From positions 1-64,000 of the forward strand of contig CAVPBK010000015.1 in the NCBI GenBank assembly GCA_963701855.1: DNA of 64,000 bases. The letters run 5' to 3'. Source of the stretch: Nitrospirota bacterium (lineage in GTDB: Bacteria > Nitrospirota > Nitrospiria > Nitrospirales > Nitrospiraceae). The position numbers were made by a program, and so were the translations under genes. Shown here piece after piece: positions 19,434-29,260 of this stretch (positions are counted from its first letter, which is position 1; every line of letters begins with the position of its first letter). Below the pieces are notes generated by a model. The model searched no databases. It was not told the DNA's origin and saw nothing but the letters and a program-made list of their open reading frames with translations.

Positions 19434-20302
19434 CCTAGGGCTGCCAGTCCGGCAAACTTGTACTTCATCGCGTTGACTCGTGCGAGATAGCCCCGAACGT
19501 CGTGGTCGCCGCACCGTTGGTGGTGGGTCAGCCGGAAGCCGTGTGTCACATAGGCATGGCCGGCTCCGGCTCCGCAGAGGTGGATCACGGCGGCCAGATC
19601 CTGCTTCTGCCGGAGCGTGACCGTGCCGATCCGTCGCGGTCCTACGGCACTCGCGACGCGTCGATCCAACAGCGCCGAGGTCAATTGGATGGCATGACTC
19701 GGCACGACGCGGCTGTAGAGGCTGTTGAACCAACAAGAATTCGTGTCGTGCCAGGGGCCGTCCTCGATCACCCGATGATTGTGGACGCAATAACGTGTCG
19801 CTTCCTGGAAGGTTCCGTCGGTGATCTGGTACATGCCGACGGCGCTCGACGCCGGTTGGTACCACTCCAAGGGGTTCCTCGTCAGATGCCACCGCCAGTA
19901 GGTCCGCGCCACCGGGTTCCCTCCGCCCTCGACCTGAGCCAGCGCAGCCAGCAACTCGGGTGTCATGACGGATGTTGCATGTTTGCGGAAGAGCGAGCCG
20001 TATTGCTCCCATGTCTCGGCGGGATTTTTATTGAGTGAGCGGTCCAAGGGAAAGAAGACTTCCGTCGGCTTGTTGAATGCATGATAGGCCCAGTTGACGC
20101 CGAGGCAGAGGAGCAGGATACCCGATAGGATCACGACGGTACGCAGGGTCGGCGGTGAGGCGAGTACGGCCTTTCCAACCGCACGGGACGTACGCCAACG
20201 TGCCTGTACGAAACGCCGGAGGGTCTTGAGGGTGAGCCTGCGTGTGCGCCGCTTGCGACGGCGAGGAGGGGTGGGGGTGCGGTGATTGGGGCGGGAAGGC
20301 AT
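19430..20302 (-). CDS. Transglycosylase SLT-domain protein, membrane anchored
   Basis: LAALAQVEGGGNP, SAVGMYQIT motifs; basic N-terminus plus a TM helix. Confidence 0.75.
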   Translation of the reverse strand: MPSRPNHRTPTPPRRRKRRTRRLTLKTLRRFVQARWRTSRAVGKAVLASPPTLRTVVILSGILLLCLGVNWAYHAFNKPTEVFFPLDRSLNKNPAETWEQYGSLFRKHATSVMTPELLAALAQVEGGGNPVARTYWRWHLTRNPLEWYQPASSAVGMYQITDGTFQEATRYCVHNHRVIEDGPWHDTNSCWFNSLYSRVVPSHAIQLTSALLDRRVASAVGPRRIGTVTLRQKQDLAAVIHLCGAGAGHAYVTHGFRLTHHQRCGDHDVRGYLARVNAMKYKFAGLAALG

Positions 20303-20481
20303 ATGTCACTATAATAACCGAAAAAAAGGAAGGTAGTCCGCTTGGGCACTGGCTACATAGACCATACAAGTATTTCCTCACGTGATCCACGCAATCTCCC
20401 TTGCGCGTTCTCTTCGCGCCTCTTACAATTGGATTTCCTGAGAGGCTCTCCATGCTGTCAGACCACCCGTATCAATCAAGG

Positions 20482-21819
20482 ATGAACATGCGCAAAAGAA
20501 TCGTTCGCAGCTCTAACCTTCTCACCATCACATGGGTTGTGTGCCTGCTCTTCGTGCTCGGCGGATGCTCTATTCTGCCGGGTCACTGGCGGCCAGGATG
20601 GAATCAGCCGTGGCCCGCCGACAAACCGGTGCCCGACACAGCCGGCTCATGGAAGTTGACCGAACTCGAATCGAATGACGGCCGCTTTGTCGCCCTGGCC
20701 ATATCGGGTGGCGGGAGTCGAGCCGCCAACTTCGGAGCCGCCGTCATGTTGGAGCTCCGACAGAGGGGTTTGCTGGAACAAGTGGATGTGATTTCTGGCG
20801 TGTCTGGTGGAACGCTTCCGGCCGTGTACTACGGACTCGGAGACAAGGCCGGTGCATTTACCGAACCGGCGGTTCGCGAGGCCTTGGGCTACGATTTTCA
20901 GAGCAGTTGGATTCGCCGGTGGTTTCTACCGCAGAACATCTTCCGCTATTGGCTGTCCGACTTCACCCGTTCAGATATTATGGTGCAAGTCTTCAACAAC
21001 AACCTGTACCACGACGCCACCTTTGCAGACCTCCAGCCGCATCCCAAGATCTTGATCAATTCGACCGTCCATAACGATCACACCCGGTTCACGTTTACGG
21101 ATGACCGCTTCGCCACGCTCCATTCTGTGCTCGCCCCCTATCACGTCGCCAATGCCGTGAATGCGTCATCCGCATTTCCCGGCGCATTCCAGGACGTGAC
21201 CCTGCAGTGGTATATGGAGCCGACGCAGTTCCTGCATCTCTATGACGGCGGTCCCATCGATAATCTAGGCGTACAGGCGATCACCCAATACATGAATCTG
21301 AACATTTTAGGCACGTCGCTCGATCGGCTGTTTCCCAAGGGGTGTGTCATTTTTGTCATCGACGCCACGCCATCGAGTGATCATGCTGACCTCAACACGC
21401 GTGAGTCCGATCGTACATTCGTCGACTATTTCGTCGACACCAATGCGCTCGATGCCACGGATGCCATGTTGATCGAATCCCGCCGCTCCCTACTCGAGAG
21501 AATGGGCATTCCGGTCGAGAAGCAGGATCGGGAGCCGAGGGGCCGGCTCCCGGTGAACGATCTCCGGCAATGCGGCTGCGAAGTCCGCCATATCTCGCTT
21601 CGGCATCTGCTCTATGCCGAAGTATCCGAAGCGAATGAGGAATTGGCCGAACGTGTGACGCGAATTAAGACGAAGTTTTGGCTTGCCGACGGAGAACAGA
21701 ACGATCTCTTCCAAGCCGCCAAGGTCATCATGCAGCTGCTCGACGACACACATCTATTATCGGACTCCTCGTTTAAAGTTCCTTGTGCCGGCGGACCAAC
21801 ACAGAAACCACCAGCCTGA
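20482..21819 (+). CDS. Patatin-like phospholipase, lipoprotein
   Basis: SGGGSRAA, GVSGG nucleophile elbow, DGG; lipobox LGGC. Confidence 0.85.
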   Translation: MNMRKRIVRSSNLLTITWVVCLLFVLGGCSILPGHWRPGWNQPWPADKPVPDTAGSWKLTELESNDGRFVALAISGGGSRAANFGAAVMLELRQRGLLEQVDVISGVSGGTLPAVYYGLGDKAGAFTEPAVREALGYDFQSSWIRRWFLPQNIFRYWLSDFTRSDIMVQVFNNNLYHDATFADLQPHPKILINSTVHNDHTRFTFTDDRFATLHSVLAPYHVANAVNASSAFPGAFQDVTLQWYMEPTQFLHLYDGGPIDNLGVQAITQYMNLNILGTSLDRLFPKGCVIFVIDATPSSDHADLNTRESDRTFVDYFVDTNALDATDAMLIESRRSLLERMGIPVEKQDREPRGRLPVNDLRQCGCEVRHISLRHLLYAEVSEANEELAERVTRIKTKFWLADGEQNDLFQAAKVIMQLLDDTHLLSDSSFKVPCAGGPTQKPPA

Positions 21820-22160
21820 GGGGAGGGGATGGAGCCTGATGATCTTCTGTGCTCGCGCAACGCGCACGATCAGAATGTGCTCGTCCGACGCGCGCAATCG
21901 AGGATCAACCAGGCCACCCTTTGAAGAGGGTAACGAGCAAGCTTGGAAGGAGCATCATACGTTGGACGCGCGCAGTAGAAGCTCAATCAGCCCCCATCCC
22001 TAAGAGAGAACGAGCGAGCTTGGAGGGACCATAATATTGATCGTCCGATGCGCGCAGTGAAGGACAGCCTGGCCACTCCCTAGAGAGAGGTTATACAAAG
22101 ATTGGTCGGAAAAATGTATTGAACGCGCGCAGTGGAGACCAGCTGGGCCGCTATTTTGAG
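21820..22160 (+). repeat. Family A array: one left arm plus four right-arm units about 80 bp apart
   Basis: GA(C/T)GCGCGCA(G/A)T cores at about 21877, 21965, 22047, 22123; GAGC(A/G)AGCTTGGA tails after the first two. Confidence 0.8.
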
Positions 22161-22289
22161 AGAGAGACGGGTATCACAGTTTTTCTCCCTCGTCCTATGG
22201 AAGCCAGCGTACCATCATCTGAAAGGTTCCTCATGTTGCCTCCGTCTGATTGCCAGCGCGCATGGAGTTCCACTGCTGCATGGAAAGTC

Positions 22290-22937
22290 ATGGCGATCTT
22301 CTTGCTCGGAGGACTCCTGATCGTCCTGCACGCGTCTCCTGCGCCGGCGGGGCCCGAATTCGCGCCGTCGTCAATCAAGAAAGGTGTGCTCTTAGTAGCC
22401 AGCCCGTTGCTGGAAGATCCAAATTTCCACCAAACCGTCGTGCTCATCTTAGAGCATGGGCCTCAGGGAACATTCGGGGTCATTCTGAATCGCTCCACGA
22501 AAGTCCTTCTGTCCGAAGCGCTGCCGAAGCTCACGGTGCTCGAGGGGACCAGGCATCGTGTGTTTTCGGGTGGGCCGGTTGAACAAGGCCGCCTTCTCCT
22601 GCTGTTCCGACTCAAGGAGCCTCCAGGAGATGCACGGTCGGTCTTCGATGGGATCTACGTGGGGGGGACACCGAGCACCCTGGAGCGCATCATTACACAG
22701 GCCAAACCTACCGAAACCTTCAGAGCCTTTGCAGGATCTGCCGGATGGGCTCCCAAGCAGCTGGAAGCTGAGATGCTTGTCGGCGCGTGGGGGGTCTTGC
22801 CACCGGATCCGATCGGTATGTTTGACAAAGATCCGGCCGTACTCTGGCAGGATTGTATCAGCCGGCTGCAGGGGCCGAGGGTGGTGGGGGTAACCTGGTT
22901 AGTCCCCAGTGCTCATGGAACCCCCACGATAAAATGA
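22290..22937 (+). CDS. YqgE/AlgH (DUF179) family protein; C-terminus encoded by a family A arm
   Basis: LLVASP..DPNF..TVVL..EH...G..G..LNR, GGPV, GW..KQLEAE..W. Confidence 0.8.
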   Translation: MAIFLLGGLLIVLHASPAPAGPEFAPSSIKKGVLLVASPLLEDPNFHQTVVLILEHGPQGTFGVILNRSTKVLLSEALPKLTVLEGTRHRVFSGGPVEQGRLLLLFRLKEPPGDARSVFDGIYVGGTPSTLERIITQAKPTETFRAFAGSAGWAPKQLEAEMLVGAWGVLPPDPIGMFDKDPAVLWQDCISRLQGPRVVGVTWLVPSAHGTPTIK

Positions 22938-23290
22938 CTGGGAGGACACCCACGTTAGTCCTGTGCTCCCGGAACAGAGGAGGGGATGGAGCCTGATGAT
23001 CTTCTGTGCTCGCGCAACGCGCGGTCGAGGACTCCCCTCGTTGGACGCGCGCAGTGGAAGATCAATCAGGCCCCATCCCTGAGAGAGGACGAGCGAGCTT
23101 GGAGGGATCATCTGTAGCCTCGTTCGACGGCCGCACATAGATCAAGATGGGTGCCCTCCCAGGGAAGGAATTGCAAGCAAGCTTGGAAGGGTTAATTAGA
23201 TGAATGGTGGTCGTTCGACGTGCGCAGTTGGGGACCGATCCAGGCCACCCCTTAATAGAAAATGAAACCGAGCAGGCTCGGAAGAGAAGA
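22887..23290 (+). repeat. Triple-nested family A hairpin elements
   Basis: Left arms at 22887, 22938, 22981 pair in reverse order with right arms ending at 23080, 23162, 23251. Confidence 0.8.
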
Positions 23291-23482
23291 AAATGGCAGT
23301 CTGGTCGTCCTCCTGGGTCCGACCGCTTCCCTTTCGTCCGGACGGTTGAGTATCAGGGGGTTGTTGATTATCTAACTCCCCTTAAATACCGGAATTGTTT
23401 TTGAAGATGTCGACACGATTGCTAGCAATAAGTAGCCTGGCCCCGCTTCACTCCAATCATGGAACTTGAGGCGCCGAATGTT

Positions 23483-23917
23483 TTATTCGGCCATGCTGAC
23501 GCCCGAGCCACCCATTTCCTTCGGGATGTCTCTCATCTTTGGCAACCCGTCCTTCATTCGCAACTTCGTCTCTTCATAGTTGACATGGATGCCGGCGTGG
23601 TACGGAAAGTCCGGAATGACTGCCGCATAGACGTCGGTGAGTCCCCAGCTGGGATGCTCGGTGAAGATGTGGCCCCCACAAGTCTTACACCACTTGCGAT
23701 AACTGAGAGGCGTCTTGTTGTACGTGCCGATGTTGTCTGCTCCCTGCGTGAGCTGTACCGCTTCGGGTTTCCATAAGGTGAAGGCGTTGACTGGTGCCGC
23801 CGACCAGCTTCGACAGGATTCACAATGGCAATACCCCATTGCGGCTGGCTCACCGCTGACTGTGAACTGAACTGCGCCGCAAAAGCAGCTGCCTCTGTAC
23901 ACTTTTCCGTTACTCAT
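23483..23917 (-). CDS. GFA (CENP-V) family Zn-binding protein
   Basis: GSCFCGAV, CHCESCR, WCKTCGG. Confidence 0.88.
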   Translation of the reverse strand: MSNGKVYRGSCFCGAVQFTVSGEPAAMGYCHCESCRSWSAAPVNAFTLWKPEAVQLTQGADNIGTYNKTPLSYRKWCKTCGGHIFTEHPSWGLTDVYAAVIPDFPYHAGIHVNYEETKLRMKDGLPKMRDIPKEMGGSGVSMAE

Positions 23918-24082
23918 GATGCACCTCCTTGGTGGCGTGCACTCATATTAACGTATCTTGGGATGCTTTCGCTCCATAAGGTAGGGCTTGTACCTTTCCG
24001 GGAAATCAGCACCGGACCATTCGAACCCATCGAGACTCAATGAATCTTTCCGATTCACGAACCCGATGGGGCGCACACCAAG

Positions 24083-24303
24083 GGAGGAGGGGATGGAGCC
24101 TGATGATCTCCTGTGCTCGCGCAACGCGCGGTCGAGGACTCCCCTCGTTGGATGCGCGCAGTGGAAGATCAATCAGCCCCCATCCCTGAGAGAGAACGAG
24201 CGAGCTTGGAGAAGGGAAGGGGAGCGGCCAGGTGCCCTTTTTGCTCGCAGAACGCGCACGATAGGAATGTGCTCGTTCGATGCGCGCAGTCAAGGGAAAC
24301 CTG
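24083..24303 (+). repeat. Two tandem family A elements
   Basis: First copy is nearly identical to 22981-23105; second has stem variant GGCCAGGTGCCCTT. Confidence 0.8.
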
Positions 24304-24410
24304 ACCGTGTAAATGCAACCATTTCAGAAAGCCGTTCGTTTGATTTCATGCCTTGAACAGGGTATTTCTATGCGGCGAGAGAGGAGTTTTCCCGAGAATA
24401 GGAGCGAGTC

Positions 24411-24920
24411 ATGAGTGCGGTATTTCCGAGCGAGCGAATAGAGCAAACCATTCTCTTGCTTCGCGGCCACAAGATCATCCTTGATAGAGACCTGGCTGCA
24501 ATGTATGGCGTCTCAACCAGGGACCTCAATAAGGCGGTATCGAGGAATCTGGACAGATTCCCCGATGATTTTATGCTGCAGTTGACACGTTCAGAGTTCA
24601 ACGACTTGAAGTTCCAATTTGGAACATCAAGTTGGGGAGGGACCAGGAAGCTACCAAGGGCCTTTACGGAACAAGGGATTGCCATGCTCTCCAGCGTTCT
24701 CCGAAGCAAACGGGCCATCCATGTGAATATCGCGATTATGAGAGCCTTTGTGAAGCTGCGAGAGTTTGCAGCAAGCCATAAGACCTTGGCGGCGAAGTTG
24801 GAGCAACTTGAGCGGAAAGTGGGAGGGCATGATGGACAGATTCGGTCGCTATTCGATGCCATCCGTCAGCTCATGGAGCCGCCGACTCCGAAATCCCGCC
24901 GCATCGGATTCAAGGCCTGA
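24411..24920 (+). CDS. ORF6N-domain DNA-binding protein
   Basis: RGHKIILDRDLA.MYGV....LNKAVSRN..RFP.DFM.QLT, P.AFTEQG.AMLSSVL.S. Confidence 0.88.
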   Translation: MSAVFPSERIEQTILLLRGHKIILDRDLAAMYGVSTRDLNKAVSRNLDRFPDDFMLQLTRSEFNDLKFQFGTSSWGGTRKLPRAFTEQGIAMLSSVLRSKRAIHVNIAIMRAFVKLREFAASHKTLAAKLEQLERKVGGHDGQIRSLFDAIRQLMEPPTPKSRRIGFKA

Positions 24921-24986
24921 GCAGACACTTCTGTCCTCAGCGGCTCTTTGCCGTGCCCCCTCAACCATAACCCCAGCCTCGATCTT

Positions 24987-25400
24987 CGTTATGGACGCGC
25001 GCAGTGGAAGATCAATCGGGCCACATCACTGAGAGAGAACGAGAGAGCTTGGAAGGAGTAGGGAGGGCAGACTAGATGGTCTCCTGTGCTCGCGCAATGC
25101 GCGGTCGTTCCACAGGTTAAGGTTTAGGCTGAGGTTGAGCAGTGACCAATCATGCCTCGGTGTCTTTTTCCCCCTCAACTTCAACCTAAGCCTTGGCCTG
25201 CCAATGAGACGCGCGCAGTGGGAGACCAATCTAGCCCGCCCTCAAGAGAGAAGATGGAAGAGCGGTGGTCGCTCAATGTGCGCAGTAGGGGATAGATCCA
25301 GACCACCCTTCGGGGGGAAGTACGAGCAAGTTTGGACGGGGCATTGTAGTAGGAGTTGGTCCGACGTGCGCAAATGAGAATAGACCAGACCGACCCTGAA
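24987..25400 (+). repeat. Family A array with a family E insert
   Basis: Stem variant CTAGATGGTCTCC / GGAGACCAATCTAG around insert 25115-25200, flanked by extra right-arm/tail units. Confidence 0.75.
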
Positions 25401-25491
25401 AAAGTACAATGTCCCCGTTTCTTCATTCCTCGAAGCCTGGCCCCATTTTTCTCGACAGGCTGAGGTGTCGGCCTGGTAGGATGCGTCGGCC

Positions 25492-26772
25492 ATGAACGAC
25501 CGACCTACTGTCTCCACCCCTCGCTCTGCCGCGGTGCTGTTTATCCTCATCACAGTCATGCTCGACATGCTGTCCTTCGGCATCATCATTCCCGTGCTGC
25601 CGAAACTCGTCGAGGAGTTTCTCTCCGGCGATACGGCCCAGGCGGCCATGATCTACGGACTGATGGGTACGACCTGGGCGGTCATGCAGTTCTTTTGCTC
25701 GCCGATTCAGGGAGCCCTGTCCGACCGGTTCGGCCGCCGGCCGATCGTGCTGCTGTCCAATCTGGGATTGGGACTCGACTATATCGTCATGGCGCTGGCG
25801 CCGACCGTCGCCTGGCTGTTCCTGGGTCGTGCCATCTCCGGCCTCGCCTCATCCAGCTTCAGCACCGCCGGTGCGTACATTGCCGACGTGACGCCTCCGG
25901 AACACCGGGCGGCGGCGTTCGGCAAGATCGGCATGGCGTTCGGCATCGGCTTCATACTCGGTCCTGCACTGGGCGGCTGGCTCGGCGAGATCGATCCGCG
26001 ACTCCCGTTTTGGGGCGCGGCGGCGCTCAGCCTGGCGAACGCCTGCTATGGGTTCTTCGTGTTGCCCGAATCCCTGACGCATGACAAGCGGATGGCCTTC
26101 TCGTGGAAGCGGGCGAATCCGGTCGGCTCGCTGGTGCTGTTGCGCTCGCACCATGAACTCTTCGGGCTCGCGGCCGTCGCCTTCTTCGGCTATCTGGCCC
26201 ATACGGTGTTGCCGAACGTGTCGGTGCTGTATATGGGTTACCGGTACGGATGGGGGACCGCCACAGTCGGTCTGACGCTCGCCGGCGTCGGCGTGGCCGT
26301 GATGATCGTCCAGGGGGGGCTGATCCGTCCGGTCACGGCCCGATTAGGCTTGCGCACGACATTGCTGGTGGGGTTGCTCTGCGGAGCGATCGGGTTTTCG
26401 GTCTACGGCGTGGCGCCCGAGGGATGGATCTTTTGGCTGGGCATTCCCGTCATGGCCTTTTGGGGCCTCGCGGGTCCGGCGGCGCAGGCACTGATGAGTC
26501 GCCGCGTGAGCAGTTCCGAGCAGGGCCAACTCCAGGGAGCCATTGCAAGCATCAACGGCTTAACCGGTCTGATCGGGCCGATCCTCTTCACGCAAAGCTT
26601 TGCGTATTTCATCGGACCGAGCGCCGCCTGGCACCTGCCGGGCGCGCCTTTCTTATTAGCCTCGCTCATGATGCTCAGCGCCGCAGCCATTGCCTGGTGG
26701 GCGACGCATCCCGGTCGATCAGCCATCCCGAACGTTGAATCAGTCGGCACAAGTAGGAGGGATGGAGCCTGA
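25492..26772 (+). CDS. MFS drug:H+ antiporter, TetA/DHA1-like
   Basis: GALSDRFGRRP motif A, GFILGPALGG motif C, about 12 TM segments. Confidence 0.88.
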   Translation: MNDRPTVSTPRSAAVLFILITVMLDMLSFGIIIPVLPKLVEEFLSGDTAQAAMIYGLMGTTWAVMQFFCSPIQGALSDRFGRRPIVLLSNLGLGLDYIVMALAPTVAWLFLGRAISGLASSSFSTAGAYIADVTPPEHRAAAFGKIGMAFGIGFILGPALGGWLGEIDPRLPFWGAAALSLANACYGFFVLPESLTHDKRMAFSWKRANPVGSLVLLRSHHELFGLAAVAFFGYLAHTVLPNVSVLYMGYRYGWGTATVGLTLAGVGVAVMIVQGGLIRPVTARLGLRTTLLVGLLCGAIGFSVYGVAPEGWIFWLGIPVMAFWGLAGPAAQALMSRRVSSSEQGQLQGAIASINGLTGLIGPILFTQSFAYFIGPSAAWHLPGAPFLLASLMMLSAAAIAWWATHPGRSAIPNVESVGTSRRDGA

Positions 26773-27218
26773 TGATCTTCTTTGCTCGCGCAACGCGCGG
26801 TCTCAGAAGGATGGGGAGGGTAGCCTGGTCGTCCTCCTGCTCGTGGAACGCGCACGATCAGAATGTGCTCGTTCGACGCGCGCAATCGAGGATCGACCAG
26901 GCCACCCTTGAAAATGAAATGGGGAAGTGGGAAGACGCGCGCAGTGGAAGATCAATCAGCCCCCATCCCTTGAGAAATAACGAGCGAGTGTGGAGGATCA
27001 TTTATAGCCTCGTTCGACGGCCGCACTTTGGGAGACCGAAACGGTGTCAGGAACAGTTTCCCGGTCCGTGTATTCCGGGGACGGCCTTCATTAGAACGAG
27101 GAAACTGTTCCTGACACCGTTCATTCTCCCCAGGTGCCCTTCTTGCTCACAGAACGCGCACGGTGAAACAGTGCTCGTCCGATGCGCGCAATAGCGGGCA
27201 GTCTCGTCCACTCCCCTT
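26756..27218 (+). repeat. Nested family A elements plus a REP-like palindrome
   Basis: Outer arms 26757/26970 enclose inner hairpin 26814-26909 (CCTGGTCGTCCTC / GAGGATCGACCAGG); 27040-27123 is AACGGTGTCAGGAACAGTTTC...GAAACTGTTCCTGACACCGTT. Confidence 0.78.
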
Positions 27219-27449
27219 TGTAGATGTTTGGAGTAGGAGAGGGATTTAGCTCGAACGTGGTGGTGGATCGCGTCTCAGCGGGAAGGAGTGTTCCCAATAT
27301 TTAAAATGTTTCCACTTCCTCTCGTATCGAATAGACAGTTTTCACCCACAGTGCTAGCATTGCACCCGCCTGCTCGCCAGCGGCTCTAGATCTACCGAGT
27401 GAGAACTCTGCAAGTTCCTTAAGGCTCAAAGCTGTTTTGAAATAACCGT

Positions 27450-28697
27450 ATGTCGGTAACAAATCTAGCGCTACAAAATTTCAAGAGTTTTAACTCCCTG
27501 AGTGTCGAGCTTAGGAACTTTAATGTCTTGATAGGCGCAAATGCTTCGGGCAAATCCAATTTCACACAAATTTTTAAATTCATAAAAGACATACGTGTTC
27601 ACGGCCTTGATAATGCAGTTTCATTGCAAGGAGGAGTCGAGTTCCTGAGGAATATCAATCTCGGCTCTTCTGTACCCTTATCATTATCAATTCGATACAA
27701 CGACAAATACACGAGTGCATCAGTTCTTGCTCGTGAAAGAGAGATGGGGCGAGTTCATGTCGATGATACAGAATATAAGTTCGCAATAGGGTTCAAAAAG
27801 ACACGTCTAAGTTTCGATATTATTGAGGACCGATTGATACAAAGAGGTGAGTACATTTCACGAGGGCCTAAACGAAAAGATGAACAGCAAGCCAGGGCGG
27901 AGATCGTTCATTCGATTAATGACGGCAAACTCAAGAAGGATGTGAAAATATTTGAGGGGGAAAGCATTCGATCGGGGAATCTCTTCCCGACCATGCGCTT
28001 TAATCAAGGGGCGTTCAGGACGGAACAATGGGACAAAAAGACGTTGATCCTTCAAACCCCACTGCCGCATTTTCCAAGCATTGGAATTTACGACTTCGAT
28101 CCGAAGCTTCCCAAGAAGGCAACTCCGATTACGGGCAAAGTTGATTTAGAAGAAGACGGTGCAAATCTGGCAATAGTCATCAAGCAGATCATCTCGAGAC
28201 CAAGTGCGAGAAAGCAACTAGCCGACTTATTTAAAGACTTGCTTCCATTCATAAGTAACGTAGATATCGAAAAGTTTTCCGACCGCTCCTTGCTCTTCAA
28301 GCTAAAGGAAATATACTTCAAAGATAGGACATTGCCCGCATCGTCGCTTTCTGATGGCACAATTAATGTGGCTGCCCTGATCGTCGCTTTATTTTTCGAG
28401 CATAGTCTATTGACGGTAATTGAAGAGCCGGAAAGAAACATACACCCATCTCTCATTTCAAAAGTTGCGTCGATGATGAAAGAGGCTGCCTTAAATAAAC
28501 AAATAGTAGTCACGACTCAAAATGCAGAATTTGTAAAGCATGCGGGGATAGAGAGCCTGCTTTTTGTGTCCAGGGATAAGCAGGGATTCTCGGAAATATA
28601 TAGACCGGGAGAAAAGGAAGCCGTAAAAGCCTTCCTTCAGAACGAAATAGGGATTGAGGAACTTTACATTCAGAATCTGTTAGGTGTCTCAGCTTGA
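27450..28697 (+). CDS. ABC/SMC-like ATPase (AAA_21 / OLD-type)
   Basis: NFKSF, Walker A GANASGKSN, signature LSDGT, Walker B IEEPE; visibly AT-rich. Confidence 0.88.
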   Translation: MSVTNLALQNFKSFNSLSVELRNFNVLIGANASGKSNFTQIFKFIKDIRVHGLDNAVSLQGGVEFLRNINLGSSVPLSLSIRYNDKYTSASVLAREREMGRVHVDDTEYKFAIGFKKTRLSFDIIEDRLIQRGEYISRGPKRKDEQQARAEIVHSINDGKLKKDVKIFEGESIRSGNLFPTMRFNQGAFRTEQWDKKTLILQTPLPHFPSIGIYDFDPKLPKKATPITGKVDLEEDGANLAIVIKQIISRPSARKQLADLFKDLLPFISNVDIEKFSDRSLLFKLKEIYFKDRTLPASSLSDGTINVAALIVALFFEHSLLTVIEEPERNIHPSLISKVASMMKEAALNKQIVVTTQNAEFVKHAGIESLLFVSRDKQGFSEIYRPGEKEAVKAFLQNEIGIEELYIQNLLGVSA

Positions 28698-29227
28698 GTT
28701 ATATCCGGCTGTTCGTATTCTTAGAGGGAGATGATGATGAAAGATTGTTTGACGCAGTTTTGAGGCCCAGTTTTAATATCCAGTATGACTTAGTGCAGAC
28801 AATCAAATACGCAGGATTAAAAAGCGACAAAGTCGATAGCTATTTAACGTCGATTAAGGGGATGGGCGCTAACTATCTATTCTTGAGAGATATGGATCAG
28901 GGGCAGTGCGTTAGCAGTAAAAAATTAGAACTAGTAGGTCGATATAAAAAGCTCGATACGTCGAACATCCATCTTGTAATTAGAGAAATGGAAAGTTGGT
29001 ATCTGGCTGGTATTACAAAAGCTCACGCAAGAAAAATAAAGCTAGCTACTTCCGGGACCACAGATTCAATTACGAAGGAAGCATTTGACGGTCTAAAGCC
29101 AAGACGATTCATTAGCAGGATTGATTTCATGGTGGAGCTTCTGAACTTCTTCTCTGTTTCTGCTGCCATAGCCAACAATCAGTCCTTCAAACATTTCATT
29201 GAGGCGAATGGTCTCCCGCGATCATGA
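28694..29227 (+). CDS. TOPRIM-fold protein (DUF4276/RloB-like), partner of the ATPase
   Basis: FLEGDDD, RDMD (DxD), EMESWYLAG; 4-nt overlap with the ATPase stop. Confidence 0.72.
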   Translation: MSYIRLFVFLEGDDDERLFDAVLRPSFNIQYDLVQTIKYAGLKSDKVDSYLTSIKGMGANYLFLRDMDQGQCVSSKKLELVGRYKKLDTSNIHLVIREMESWYLAGITKAHARKIKLATSGTTDSITKEAFDGLKPRRFISRIDFMVELLNFFSVSAAIANNQSFKHFIEANGLPRS

Positions 29228-29260
29228 GAAAGAAAGTGGTGTCAGCAACTGTCTTGGGAT

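Noticed and set aside
21870..22160. About 80-bp periodic array as CRISPR
   Set aside because: Repeats are degenerate, the intervening parts are homologous to each other and to dispersed copies, and there are no cas genes; explained by family A arms
25492..26772. Calling the MFS gene a tetracycline-resistance tetA
   Set aside because: Family-level similarity only; no adjacent tetR and substrate not determinable
21612..27194. Short ORFs such as MIFCARATR.., MCSFDARS.., MLAQRA.. in the ORF track
   Set aside because: Translations of the family A repeats in several frames, with no consistent frame conserved
13727..27218. Integron cassette array with attC sites
   Set aside because: No RYYYAAC/GTTRRRY box pattern at the hairpin ends, flanking genes are in mixed orientation, and there is no integrase in the window
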